Made by a program: the position numbers and the translations under genes. DNA of 64,000 bases from Candidatus Liptonbacteria bacterium (GTDB lineage Bacteria; Patescibacteriota; Minisyncoccia; UBA6257; 2-01-FULL-56-20): NCBI GenBank assembly GCA_016867315.1, contig VGJV01000003.1, positions 27,429 through 91,428 of the forward strand, written 5' to 3'. Positions 56,149-64,000 of the stretch are shown here, one piece after another (within the stretch, counting starts at the first letter, position 1; the number at the start of each line of letters is the position of its first letter). The notes below the pieces were generated by a model. It ran no database searches and was not told the DNA's origin. It saw only the letters and a program-made list of their open reading frames with translations.

Positions 56149-57553
56149 GCTTCTGCTTGGTTTTCTGACTGGAGCTGCGGTGGCTGCTTTTGGCATACCC
56201 ACCGAAGGAATAGTAATCGGAGGACTTCTTGCGATAATCTGGGTTCAGTATTTCAAACAAATAAAATTAGTGATGCTCTGCCTCGCCGGCGGAGCTTTTA
56301 TTTTTGGGATTCTTTATTTCCATCTCTACGCGCAGGGGAGTGTAACATTCTTGCGCCTCCCTCAAGATTCTCCGGCAACTTTCGAAGGATTGGTGGTTGA
56401 AGAGCCGAGAAACGCGAATCGCTTTGCTAGATTTACCATAGAGCTTCAGGAACCTTATCGAGGAAAAATAGGAGTCATAGATGAAGCTTCGGGAATTCAA
56501 TACGGAGATGTACTTCGTCTAGAAGGCAGAATCCGGATTGAAAATGGAGAGATTATAGCTAAATTTCCCAAAACAGAACGTCTCGCGCGCAATAAAGGAC
56601 ATTGGCTGAAGGAACAGCTTCTCGCAGTAAAGAGGGGAGTAATCCAAAGTTTTGAGCGCGCGCTTCCGCCCGACGAGGCCGCTCTTCTCTCCGGCATCAC
56701 GCTCGGCGCCCGAAGCTCCTTTTCTCCAAAACTTAAAGAGGATATGGCAATTTCAGGGACTATTCACATTGTCGCAGTCTCAGGCTACAACATAAGCATT
56801 CTCGCGATTGTATTGGGGAGCGCTGCGGCCCTTTTTATGAGAAGGCGCATCGCAATTTGGGTCGCAGTGATAGGAATATTGCTCTTCGTGGGAATCGTAG
56901 GAAGCGAAGCTTCGGTGGTGCGAGCAGCCATTATGGGAATACTCGGCCTCCTCGCGGAAGGCACGGGGCGACCGAACAATCAGGCCTATGCCATTGCGCT
57001 TGCCGCTTCACTCATGGTGGCATGGGACCCCACTATCATCCGCAACGACCTGGGTTTTATGCTTTCCTTTTTAAGCCTCTTAGGAGTGACATACCTCTCT
57101 CCCGCGCTTCAATCGCTTTGGAGAAATGCAAAAGATAAAGGTTTTTTCGCCTGGAAGGAAAACTTGGATACCACGCTCGGAGCGCAACTGGGCGTCTTGC
57201 CGGTGCTCCTCCTCACCTTCGGGAGCGTCTCCGCCACTTCGCTCCTCGCGAATATTCTAATAATTCCCTTAATTCCCATTACTATGGGAGTGGGATTTCT
57301 TTTAGGAATTATCCAATGGCTTTCTCCCTTGCTTGCGTTCCCGGTTACAGAAATAGCAAGATTGCTTACCGGCTATGAAATATGGGTAATTCAATTTTTT
57401 GCGGATACGGCGATCCCAATCGGAAATTTCTTTGCCTACCCGGTAGTCATAATCGCATATTATCTCTTCTTCGCTGCGTTTATCGCATATCGGAATAAAA
57501 AAGGTGAAATAAAACTCACCGAACCCTCTGCAATAAAAAATCTATGGTCCTAA
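56123..57553 (+). CDS. comEC: ComEC/Rec2 family competence membrane protein (membrane channel portion)
   Basis: DUF4131-like N-terminus plus the ComEC core (LLSGITLGARS…, ISGTIHIVAVSGYNISIL) and multiple TM helices. The ORF track starts at 56075, and M 56123 (MQVGEY…) is the likelier start. Confidence 0.7.
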   Translation: MQVGEYTLKLLLGFLTGAAVAAFGIPTEGIVIGGLLAIIWVQYFKQIKLVMLCLAGGAFIFGILYFHLYAQGSVTFLRLPQDSPATFEGLVVEEPRNANRFARFTIELQEPYRGKIGVIDEASGIQYGDVLRLEGRIRIENGEIIAKFPKTERLARNKGHWLKEQLLAVKRGVIQSFERALPPDEAALLSGITLGARSSFSPKLKEDMAISGTIHIVAVSGYNISILAIVLGSAAALFMRRRIAIWVAVIGILLFVGIVGSEASVVRAAIMGILGLLAEGTGRPNNQAYAIALAASLMVAWDPTIIRNDLGFMLSFLSLLGVTYLSPALQSLWRNAKDKGFFAWKENLDTTLGAQLGVLPVLLLTFGSVSATSLLANILIIPLIPITMGVGFLLGIIQWLSPLLAFPVTEIARLLTGYEIWVIQFFADTAIPIGNFFAYPVVIIAYYLFFAAFIAYRNKKGEIKLTEPSAIKNLWS

Positions 57554-58431
57554 AAACCAATCTCCAAAAATTTCTGCTCCCGAGTATCGCCTCACTCCTT
57601 ATACTGAATGTGTTCGTATGGCACTCCGTATGGAAGGGGCTCCCGGATCAAAATCCTTCGCTCCATTTCCTGGATGTAGGTCAGGGAGATGCCACCCTCC
57701 TCAAGCTTCCGGGCAATATATCAATTTTGACAGATGCAGGTCCAGACCGAAAGGTAGTGCAGGCAGTAAATGAACTATTGGGTCTAGATCGGCGCTATAT
57801 TGATATAGGAATCATCACTCATCCACAGCGAGACCATTATGGAGGATTTATCGATCTACTCAAGCACTTCAAATTTGGAGCAATAATTACGAATGGGCGC
57901 AATGCGGATACGGGAAAAGAAGCGTGGCGGGAATTTTTAGCCACCATACAGTCTGAAAATATCCCGCATATCGTACTGCGGGCAGGAGATCGAATTCGCT
58001 ATGCGAATAATAAAATAGATTTTTTATCTCCCGGACCCAATCTTTTGAAAAGCAAGGAGTTAAATGACACCAGCTTTGTAAATCGAATCCAAACTCCGGC
58101 TTTTTCCGCGCTCCTCACGGGAGATATAGGCATAAAAGTGGAACAATTTCTCTTAAAATCGGGGATCTCTCTCAAAACCGACATCTTAAAAGTCGCGCAC
58201 CATGGGTCTAAGTTTTCTTCAAACAAAGTGTTTTTAAATGCGGCGAATCCACAGATTGCACTGATTGGAGTGGGCAAAAATTCATACGGCCATCCCACAA
58301 ATGAAGTACTGAGCAGACTGAGAGCTGCCTCAGTAGGGGCGGTTCTCCGAACCGATGAGCGAGGCACAGTGAGCATTATCCCGCAAGGCGAGAAGCTTCT
58401 CATTTTCACACACCGCGCCAAAGGAGAGTAG
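57544..58431 (+). CDS. MBL-fold metallo-hydrolase corresponding to the ComEC C-terminal beta-lactamase-like domain, encoded as a separate overlapping ORF
   Basis: HxHxDH-like motif (THPQRDHYGG) and VAHHGSKFSS typical of ComEC's lactamase domain. It overlaps the ComEC membrane ORF by 10 nt in another frame. Confidence 0.65.
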   Translation: MVLKTNLQKFLLPSIASLLILNVFVWHSVWKGLPDQNPSLHFLDVGQGDATLLKLPGNISILTDAGPDRKVVQAVNELLGLDRRYIDIGIITHPQRDHYGGFIDLLKHFKFGAIITNGRNADTGKEAWREFLATIQSENIPHIVLRAGDRIRYANNKIDFLSPGPNLLKSKELNDTSFVNRIQTPAFSALLTGDIGIKVEQFLLKSGISLKTDILKVAHHGSKFSSNKVFLNAANPQIALIGVGKNSYGHPTNEVLSRLRAASVGAVLRTDERGTVSIIPQGEKLLIFTHRAKGE

Positions 58432-58446
58432 GGTATAATAAAGAAC

Positions 58447-59976
58447 ATGACACTCCTCATTCGAAACGTTCGCATCGTGGGAGAAGCTCGCGCATCTGAA
58501 GAGCGGAGCGATATATTCGTGCAAAACGATATTATTTCCGCTATTGGCAGCCTGGGAAATAAAAAAGCAGATGAAGTGATTGATGGCCAGGGAACATATC
58601 TCGCTCCAGGTTTTATCGATGTAAATACCGACTCCGATCACTATCTTACGCTCTTCGACAACCCGGCACAGGAAGATTTCTTGAAGCAGGGAGTAACTAC
58701 CATATTCGGCGGAATGTGCGGAGCCTCCTTGGCCCCGCTTCTCTATGGCAGCTTAGAATCCATTCGAAAATGGGGGGATATTCATTGTGTAAATGTAGGC
58801 TGGCAATCCTTAGGGGAACTTCTCGACATTCTAAGCTCGCGGGGTTTAGGAGTGAATTTCGGCACATTGATCGGCCATTCCACTATTCGGCGCGCATTAG
58901 CAGGAGAAAACTTTAGAAATCTCACCAAAAATGAGCTTAAGGTATTTATATCCACACTAGAACGAGGAATGTCGGAAGGGGGGTTCGGGCTTTCCTCCGG
59001 CTTGAGTTATGTCCACGCTCGAGAAACTTCATACGCTGAATTGAAAGCTCTAGGAGAGGTGGTGCAGAAACGTAATGGCGTATACGCCACGCATCTTCGA
59101 AAGTCCGGAGAAGACCTTTTAAATTCTCTCGAAGAAACGGTAAAACTACGCAAAGAAACCGGAGTAAAAACTATCATAAGTCACTTCCAGCCCTTCATGG
59201 GTACGGAAGAACTGTACGACACGGCCTTAAAAAATCTCGAAGAACTTTCTACAGACCGCGCGGTGTATTTCGACACCTATCCTTTCGATGCAAGTGTGGT
59301 ACCGCTCTATACGCTTTTGCCCCTGTGGGCACAAGAAACTAATTTGGAAACCATGGCCGCAAATTTGAAAGATGCATGGAAGCGAAAGAAAATTATTAAA
59401 GAATTGCCGGAACTCTCTGGGGACGGGCTCATCGTGGCAAGCGCCCCAGGCCACGAACCTTTGATAGGGAAAAACATCGAGACCTTAAAAGAAATGTACG
59501 GCGTCTCTCTAGGCGCAGAAGCTCTGCTGCAACTCATGCGCGCCACAGATCTCCGAGCAATCGTGTTTTATAAGAATATTGCTGCCAATCTTTTGACACA
59601 AGCCCTTGCACATCCGCGTTCTCTCATCGCGACGAATGCCGCGAGTATTAAAGAGGGCAGACAGATTGGGATGCTCAAACCCGAGCGCGCCACGAACACC
59701 TTCCCAAAGTTTCTCGATATAGTAAGCCTCAAGCGGCTCATGCCCCTCGAAAGCGCCATCCAAAAAATCACAAAAACTCCTGCCGAACTCTTGGGAATTA
59801 AGGGCAGGGGAGAAATTAAGGAAGGCAACTACGCTGATCTGGTAGGGTTTTCCTGGAAAGAAGGGGGAGCCTCGGCCACCGAAATTAAATTCGTGGTAGT
59901 GAACGGAACGATAGCCGTCCAAAATGGAATTTCTAAAGAAACGCTCAGGGGGAGAATATTAAAACACCAATCATAA
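58447..59976 (+). CDS. amidohydrolase family protein (N-acyl-D-amino-acid deacylase/D-aminoacylase-like)
   Basis: N-terminal beta-sandwich plus metal-binding region (IRNVRIVGE…GQGTYLAPGFIDVNTDSDHY) and amidohydrolase fold length. Confidence 0.65.
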   Translation: MTLLIRNVRIVGEARASEERSDIFVQNDIISAIGSLGNKKADEVIDGQGTYLAPGFIDVNTDSDHYLTLFDNPAQEDFLKQGVTTIFGGMCGASLAPLLYGSLESIRKWGDIHCVNVGWQSLGELLDILSSRGLGVNFGTLIGHSTIRRALAGENFRNLTKNELKVFISTLERGMSEGGFGLSSGLSYVHARETSYAELKALGEVVQKRNGVYATHLRKSGEDLLNSLEETVKLRKETGVKTIISHFQPFMGTEELYDTALKNLEELSTDRAVYFDTYPFDASVVPLYTLLPLWAQETNLETMAANLKDAWKRKKIIKELPELSGDGLIVASAPGHEPLIGKNIETLKEMYGVSLGAEALLQLMRATDLRAIVFYKNIAANLLTQALAHPRSLIATNAASIKEGRQIGMLKPERATNTFPKFLDIVSLKRLMPLESAIQKITKTPAELLGIKGRGEIKEGNYADLVGFSWKEGGASATEIKFVVVNGTIAVQNGISKETLRGRILKHQS

Positions 59977-61074
59977 ATGTTTGGAGCTCGGGGCCACCGT
60001 CCAGATTATTTCCTCATGGCCTTGGTGCTTGTATTGGTTGCTTTTGGATTAGTGATGCTCGTGAGTGCCTCCTCAGACCTTGGAAAGATTAAATTTAACG
60101 ACAGCTATTACTATCTGAAGCATCAGCTGATATATGGATTTTCGCTGGGCCTCCTCGGCTTTTTTCTTGCGGCAAATATTCGCTACACGATCTATAGAAC
60201 ATGGGCCTTTCCGCTGCTCCTCCTCACCATCGCACTCCTTATTCTTATTTTTACCCCATTGGGAGTAGAAGCGAACGCCGCCACTCGCTGGCTAAAGATC
60301 GGGCCATTTCGATTCCAACCAGCGGAGCTTCTGAAAATCACCTTCATAATCTACATTGCCGCCTGGCTCAGCCGGCCCAATGCAAAGCGTTCCGCCTCCT
60401 TTTTAAAAGGCCTTTTGCCATTTCTAATAATCTCGGGCGCCATATGTGCGCTCCTCATCATGCAGCCCGCAACGAGCACCGTGGCTATCCTTCTCGGAGC
60501 GGCCCTCGTGGTGTACTTCTTAAGCGGAGCTTCGCTTAAATATATTTTTGGCACAATTCTTGTCGCGGCGATTTGTGTGGGGTTGATTATTTACGCCACA
60601 CCATACCGCCGCGATCGAATTCTGGGATTTTTGAATCAAGACCAGCACCAAGAAACCAAAAATTATCAGGTGCGTCAGGCGCTTACCGCGATCGGAGCGG
60701 GTGGGCTCACCGGAGCAGGATACGGCCGCTCAGTGATCAAAAACAGCTTGCCCGCCTCAGTAGATGACTCTATATTTGCCATAGTAGGCGAAGAATTCGG
60801 CTTCTTAGGCAGTGGAGCCCTCGTAGCCCTTTTTGGAGCTCTCGTATTACGCCTTTTCTGGCTAGCCCGCCGCGCTCCCGATCTTTTTGGGCGGCTCATG
60901 CTCGTAGGTTTTGGCACGGTTATCGCGTTCCAGTCGCTCGTGAACATGGGTTCCATTTCGGGAATTTTGCCCCTTACCGGCGTCCCTCTGCCGTTTGTGA
61001 GTTATGGAGGAACCGCCCTCGCGGTATTCATGACCATGGCCGGAATTGCAACAAATGTGTCGAAATACACATAG
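59977..61074 (+). CDS. ftsW: SEDS family peptidoglycan glycosyltransferase FtsW/RodA
   Basis: 10 TM helices with conserved SEDS motifs (…IGPFRFQPAELLKI…, SDSIFAIVGEEFGFLG, PLPFVSYGGTA). Confidence 0.8.
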   Translation: MFGARGHRPDYFLMALVLVLVAFGLVMLVSASSDLGKIKFNDSYYYLKHQLIYGFSLGLLGFFLAANIRYTIYRTWAFPLLLLTIALLILIFTPLGVEANAATRWLKIGPFRFQPAELLKITFIIYIAAWLSRPNAKRSASFLKGLLPFLIISGAICALLIMQPATSTVAILLGAALVVYFLSGASLKYIFGTILVAAICVGLIIYATPYRRDRILGFLNQDQHQETKNYQVRQALTAIGAGGLTGAGYGRSVIKNSLPASVDDSIFAIVGEEFGFLGSGALVALFGALVLRLFWLARRAPDLFGRLMLVGFGTVIAFQSLVNMGSISGILPLTGVPLPFVSYGGTALAVFMTMAGIATNVSKYT

Positions 61075-61103
61075 AATCTAGGAGTTAGAAAATAGAATCT
61101 AGA

Positions 61104-62882
61104 ATGAACCCAGAAACAAAAAATTGTCAGGCCTGCAAAAATCCGTTCACGATCGAGCCGGAAGATTTGATATTTTACGAGAAAATCAAAGTACCACCTC
61201 CCACATTCTGTTGGCGATGCCGCATGCAAAGACGAGATAACTGGAGAAATGAGCGTTTGCTCTATAAGAGAAAATGTAATGTCCCAGGACATAGTGAAGA
61301 TATTATTTCCACGTTTGCTCCGGATGTGCCATGGGTGGTGTATGACCAAAAGGAATGGTGGAGCGATTCATGGAATTCGCTTGCGTATGGAAGAGAATAT
61401 AACTTCTCTAAACCATTTTTCTCCCAATTTAACGAGCTACTCCATAAAGTGCCGATTCCTGCTGTAGAGAATGAGAATCCGGTAAACAGCGAATACTGTA
61501 ATGCGGCCGCGGGCAACAAAAACTGCTATCTGTGCTTCGCTGCCGGATGGAACGAAAATGTAGCTTACTCAAACAAAATCGGGACAAGTAAGGATTCTCT
61601 TGATTGCTACATGGCTTCAAAAGTTGAACTTGGTTATGAGAATGTAAACTGCCACGATTCGTATCGGTTACTGTGGAGCGTGAACTCCAAAAACTGCCGC
61701 GATTCGCACTTTCTTTATAACTGCCGGAATTGTTCGAATTGCTTCGGGTGTGCAAATCTCGTCTCAAAGTCCTACCACATTTGGAACCAACCGTATTCTA
61801 AAGACGAGTACTTCGTGAAACTCACTGCACTCGACCTCTCCACACGAGAGAGAATTGAGGGACTCAAAGAAAAATTTTATAAAGAGATTGTTGCGAATAT
61901 GGTTCATAAATACGCGAGTATTCTCAACTCTTCAAACTGCACAGGCGACAACATTAATAATTCAAAAAATGTGGAAGTTTCATTTGATGTACTGACAGGA
62001 AGTGAAGATTCAAAGTTTCTCCAGCATTGCATGGAACTAAAAGACGCTTACGACAACATGGGGGCTTATAGATACAACCTTTCGTATGAAAATGTAAACG
62101 TGAATGTAGGCAATAATAATATTGCCACGATTGCGACCTATAACGCTCGCGCCAATCAATATTCGTATCACTGTCACGGTTGCAGCAATATTTTCGGGTG
62201 TATCGGCCTTCGCAGTAAAGAACATTGCATTCTGAACCGCCAGTATTCCAAAGAGGAATATGAACAACTGGTACCCCAGATCATAAAACACATGAACGAA
62301 ATGCCGTATGTAGATGCCGCCGGAAGGAAATACGGTTATGGAGAATTTTTTCCTGCGGAGATTTCTCCGTGGGCATATAACGAAACAATCGCGCAGGAAT
62401 ATTTTCCACTAAGCGAATCCGAAGCTCAAGCTAAAGGATTCCGCTGGAAAAAATCCGAAGGAAAGCATTACAACGTCACCATCGCTGCAGATAAAATTCC
62501 CGACCGAATCGCGGATGCACAGGATTCAATAGTAAATGAGGTAATCGAATGTGCGCATAAAGGTATCTGCAATGAACAATGCACCACCGCTTTTAAACTC
62601 ATCGACGCAGAGCTTCAATTTTATCGAAAGCTGAATCTTCCCATCCCGAATCTTTGTCCGAATTGCCGCCACTATGCACGTCTCAAGCAAAGAAATCCGC
62701 TCATGCTATGGAAAAGAAAATGTCGCTGCGCAGGCACTGCTTCCGATAACGAAGTCTATCACAATACCACCAAACACTTCCACGAAGCAGGGGAATGTCC
62801 CAATGAATTTGAGTCGAGCTACGCCCCCGAAAGACCAGAACTTATCTACTGCGAACAATGCTATCAAGCAGAAGTGAATTAA
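61104..62882 (+). CDS. Cys-rich paralog family member 7 (592 aa), located between ftsW and murG
   Basis: MNPETKNCQACKNPFTIEPEDLIFYEKIKVPPPTFCWRCRMQRR, CSNCFGCANLVSKSYHIWNQPYSKDEY, CILNRQYSKEEYEQ, SPWAYNETIAQEYFPL and C-terminal ECAHKGICNEQCTTAFKLIDAELQFYRKLNLPIPNLCPNCRH…LIYCEQCYQAE. Confidence 0.8.
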   Translation: MNPETKNCQACKNPFTIEPEDLIFYEKIKVPPPTFCWRCRMQRRDNWRNERLLYKRKCNVPGHSEDIISTFAPDVPWVVYDQKEWWSDSWNSLAYGREYNFSKPFFSQFNELLHKVPIPAVENENPVNSEYCNAAAGNKNCYLCFAAGWNENVAYSNKIGTSKDSLDCYMASKVELGYENVNCHDSYRLLWSVNSKNCRDSHFLYNCRNCSNCFGCANLVSKSYHIWNQPYSKDEYFVKLTALDLSTRERIEGLKEKFYKEIVANMVHKYASILNSSNCTGDNINNSKNVEVSFDVLTGSEDSKFLQHCMELKDAYDNMGAYRYNLSYENVNVNVGNNNIATIATYNARANQYSYHCHGCSNIFGCIGLRSKEHCILNRQYSKEEYEQLVPQIIKHMNEMPYVDAAGRKYGYGEFFPAEISPWAYNETIAQEYFPLSESEAQAKGFRWKKSEGKHYNVTIAADKIPDRIADAQDSIVNEVIECAHKGICNEQCTTAFKLIDAELQFYRKLNLPIPNLCPNCRHYARLKQRNPLMLWKRKCRCAGTASDNEVYHNTTKHFHEAGECPNEFESSYAPERPELIYCEQCYQAEVN

Positions 62883-62984
62883 AAGAATGCTACAATTCTG
62901 AAGTAGCCTAGCATTTAAGAATCACGGAGTGTTAATTGAAAATTGGGAGTAATTCGCAATTCACAATTCTAAATTCTCAATTCC

Positions 62985-64000
62985 ATGAATAAAATTCGAA
63001 TCGCACTCACGGGCGGCGGGAGCGGGGGACACGTATACCCCCTGCTTGCAATTGCGGAAGAGCTCCAGCGGATCGGCACGGCACAAAAAGCGAATCTGGA
63101 AATAGTACACTTTGGCCCGAAAGACGCATTTGCGCCGTTATTTACTAACGCGGGAATAAAGCGCCGCTCAATAATGGGCGCGAAGCTTCGCAGCTATTCC
63201 ACGCTTCAAAATATCCTCGACGTTCCAAAGTTTTTCATAGGAATCTTTCAGGCCTTTTTAAAGATTTTTTGGTATATGCCCGACGTGATTTTTTCGAAAG
63301 GTGGTCCCGGCGCCTTCCCCGTAGTACTTGCAGGCTGGTTTTATAAAATTCCGATACTCATCCACGAATCCGATGCCATCCCCGGAGCCACGAATATCCT
63401 ATCGTCCCATTTTGCCACGCGAATCGCAATTACATTCGAGGAAGCCAAACGTTATTTTGACCCGACCAGAACCGCTACGGTAGGCAATCCCGTACGGCCC
63501 TGGCTTATTAAAGACAAACCCGAACCGAAAGTTGCGAAACAACTCCTCGGATTCAACCCCGAAGCTCCGCTCACGGTAATACTAGGAGGTTCACAAGGCT
63601 CTCAAAGAATCAACGAATTTATAGTCGCAAATCTTCCCACAATCCTTAAAGAAACACAACTTTTTCATCAAACAGGTACGAACAATTTTTCTGAGATTGA
63701 AGCCCTCTCCAAGGCGGCGTTCCCAAGTGCCACGTCTTATAAAGTGGTGGCGTATATAACTGAAGAGCTCAAAAATGTACTGGCAGCTGCTGATTGCATA
63801 GTGGGACGCGCAGGAAATGGCACGATCTCAGAAGCTGCTGCATTTGGAAAACCCATGATCCTCATCCCTCTGCCGGAATCCGCGAATGATCATCAACGGG
63901 CAAACGCGCGAGAGTTTAAAAAAGTAGGTGGGGGAATAATCATCGAAGAAGCGAATCTTCTCCAGGAAATTTTCGTGAGTGCCTTGAAAAAAATACTCAC
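62985..64000 (+). CDS. murG: undecaprenyldiphospho-muramoylpentapeptide beta-N-acetylglucosaminyltransferase MurG (5' part; runs off the window)
   Basis: MNKIRIALTGGGSGGHVYPLLAIAEEL glycine-rich N-terminus and a C-terminal GT-B domain with a conserved G.G…E motif. Not in the ORF track because it is truncated by the window end. Confidence 0.8.
   Translation, partial: MNKIRIALTGGGSGGHVYPLLAIAEELQRIGTAQKANLEIVHFGPKDAFAPLFTNAGIKRRSIMGAKLRSYSTLQNILDVPKFFIGIFQAFLKIFWYMPDVIFSKGGPGAFPVVLAGWFYKIPILIHESDAIPGATNILSSHFATRIAITFEEAKRYFDPTRTATVGNPVRPWLIKDKPEPKVAKQLLGFNPEAPLTVILGGSQGSQRINEFIVANLPTILKETQLFHQTGTNNFSEIEALSKAAFPSATSYKVVAYITEELKNVLAAADCIVGRAGNGTISEAAAFGKPMILIPLPESANDHQRANAREFKKVGGGIIIEEANLLQEIFVSALKKIL

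Noticed and set aside
1-64000. Mobile-element hallmarks (transposase, integrase, IS inverted repeats, conjugative relaxase) that would make the T4CP-like ATPases part of an ICE or plasmid
   Set aside because: None were recognised in any frame. The ATPases lack TM domains and sit among housekeeping genes, so a classical conjugative element is not supported.

Overview
This window is a gene-dense, mostly plus-strand chromosomal segment of a small-genome bacterium. The protein sequences and compact housekeeping operons suggest a Patescibacteria/CPR-like organism, but that is inference only. Recognisable housekeeping genes include uvrC, a YrdC/TsaC-like gene, a FAD-linked oxidase, pgeF-like, acyP, a Zwf-Gnd fusion, a PGI/PMI-type isomerase, ychF, an ABC transporter pair, recR, dnaB, cysS, the CIRCE-hrcA-grpE-dnaK-dnaJ heat-shock locus, two tRNA-Lys genes, secDF, cutA, pepA, trmD, comEC (split), an amidohydrolase, ftsW and the start of murG. 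The standout is a tandem array of seven large (about 555-595 aa) paralogous cysteine-rich proteins with no recognisable characterised domain that I can name. Six copies lie at 40.5-53.3 kb and a seventh is wedged between ftsW and murG at 61.1-62.9 kb. Each protein has zinc-ribbon-like Cys quartets at both termini and an internally duplicated module (C..C.GC.GL+K..Y.I.N.QYSKEEY). The array is bracketed by two paralogous soluble TrwB/VirD4-like (type IV coupling protein family) P-loop ATPases. One ATPase carries a C-terminal zinc ribbon resembling those of the array proteins, and the other sits downstream of two membrane proteins. A degenerate N-terminal gene remnant, a conserved 35-nt intergenic element, tRNA-Lys fragment repeats and a recurring upstream DNA motif are further signs of local dynamism. 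No CRISPR array, transposase or integrase was recognised.
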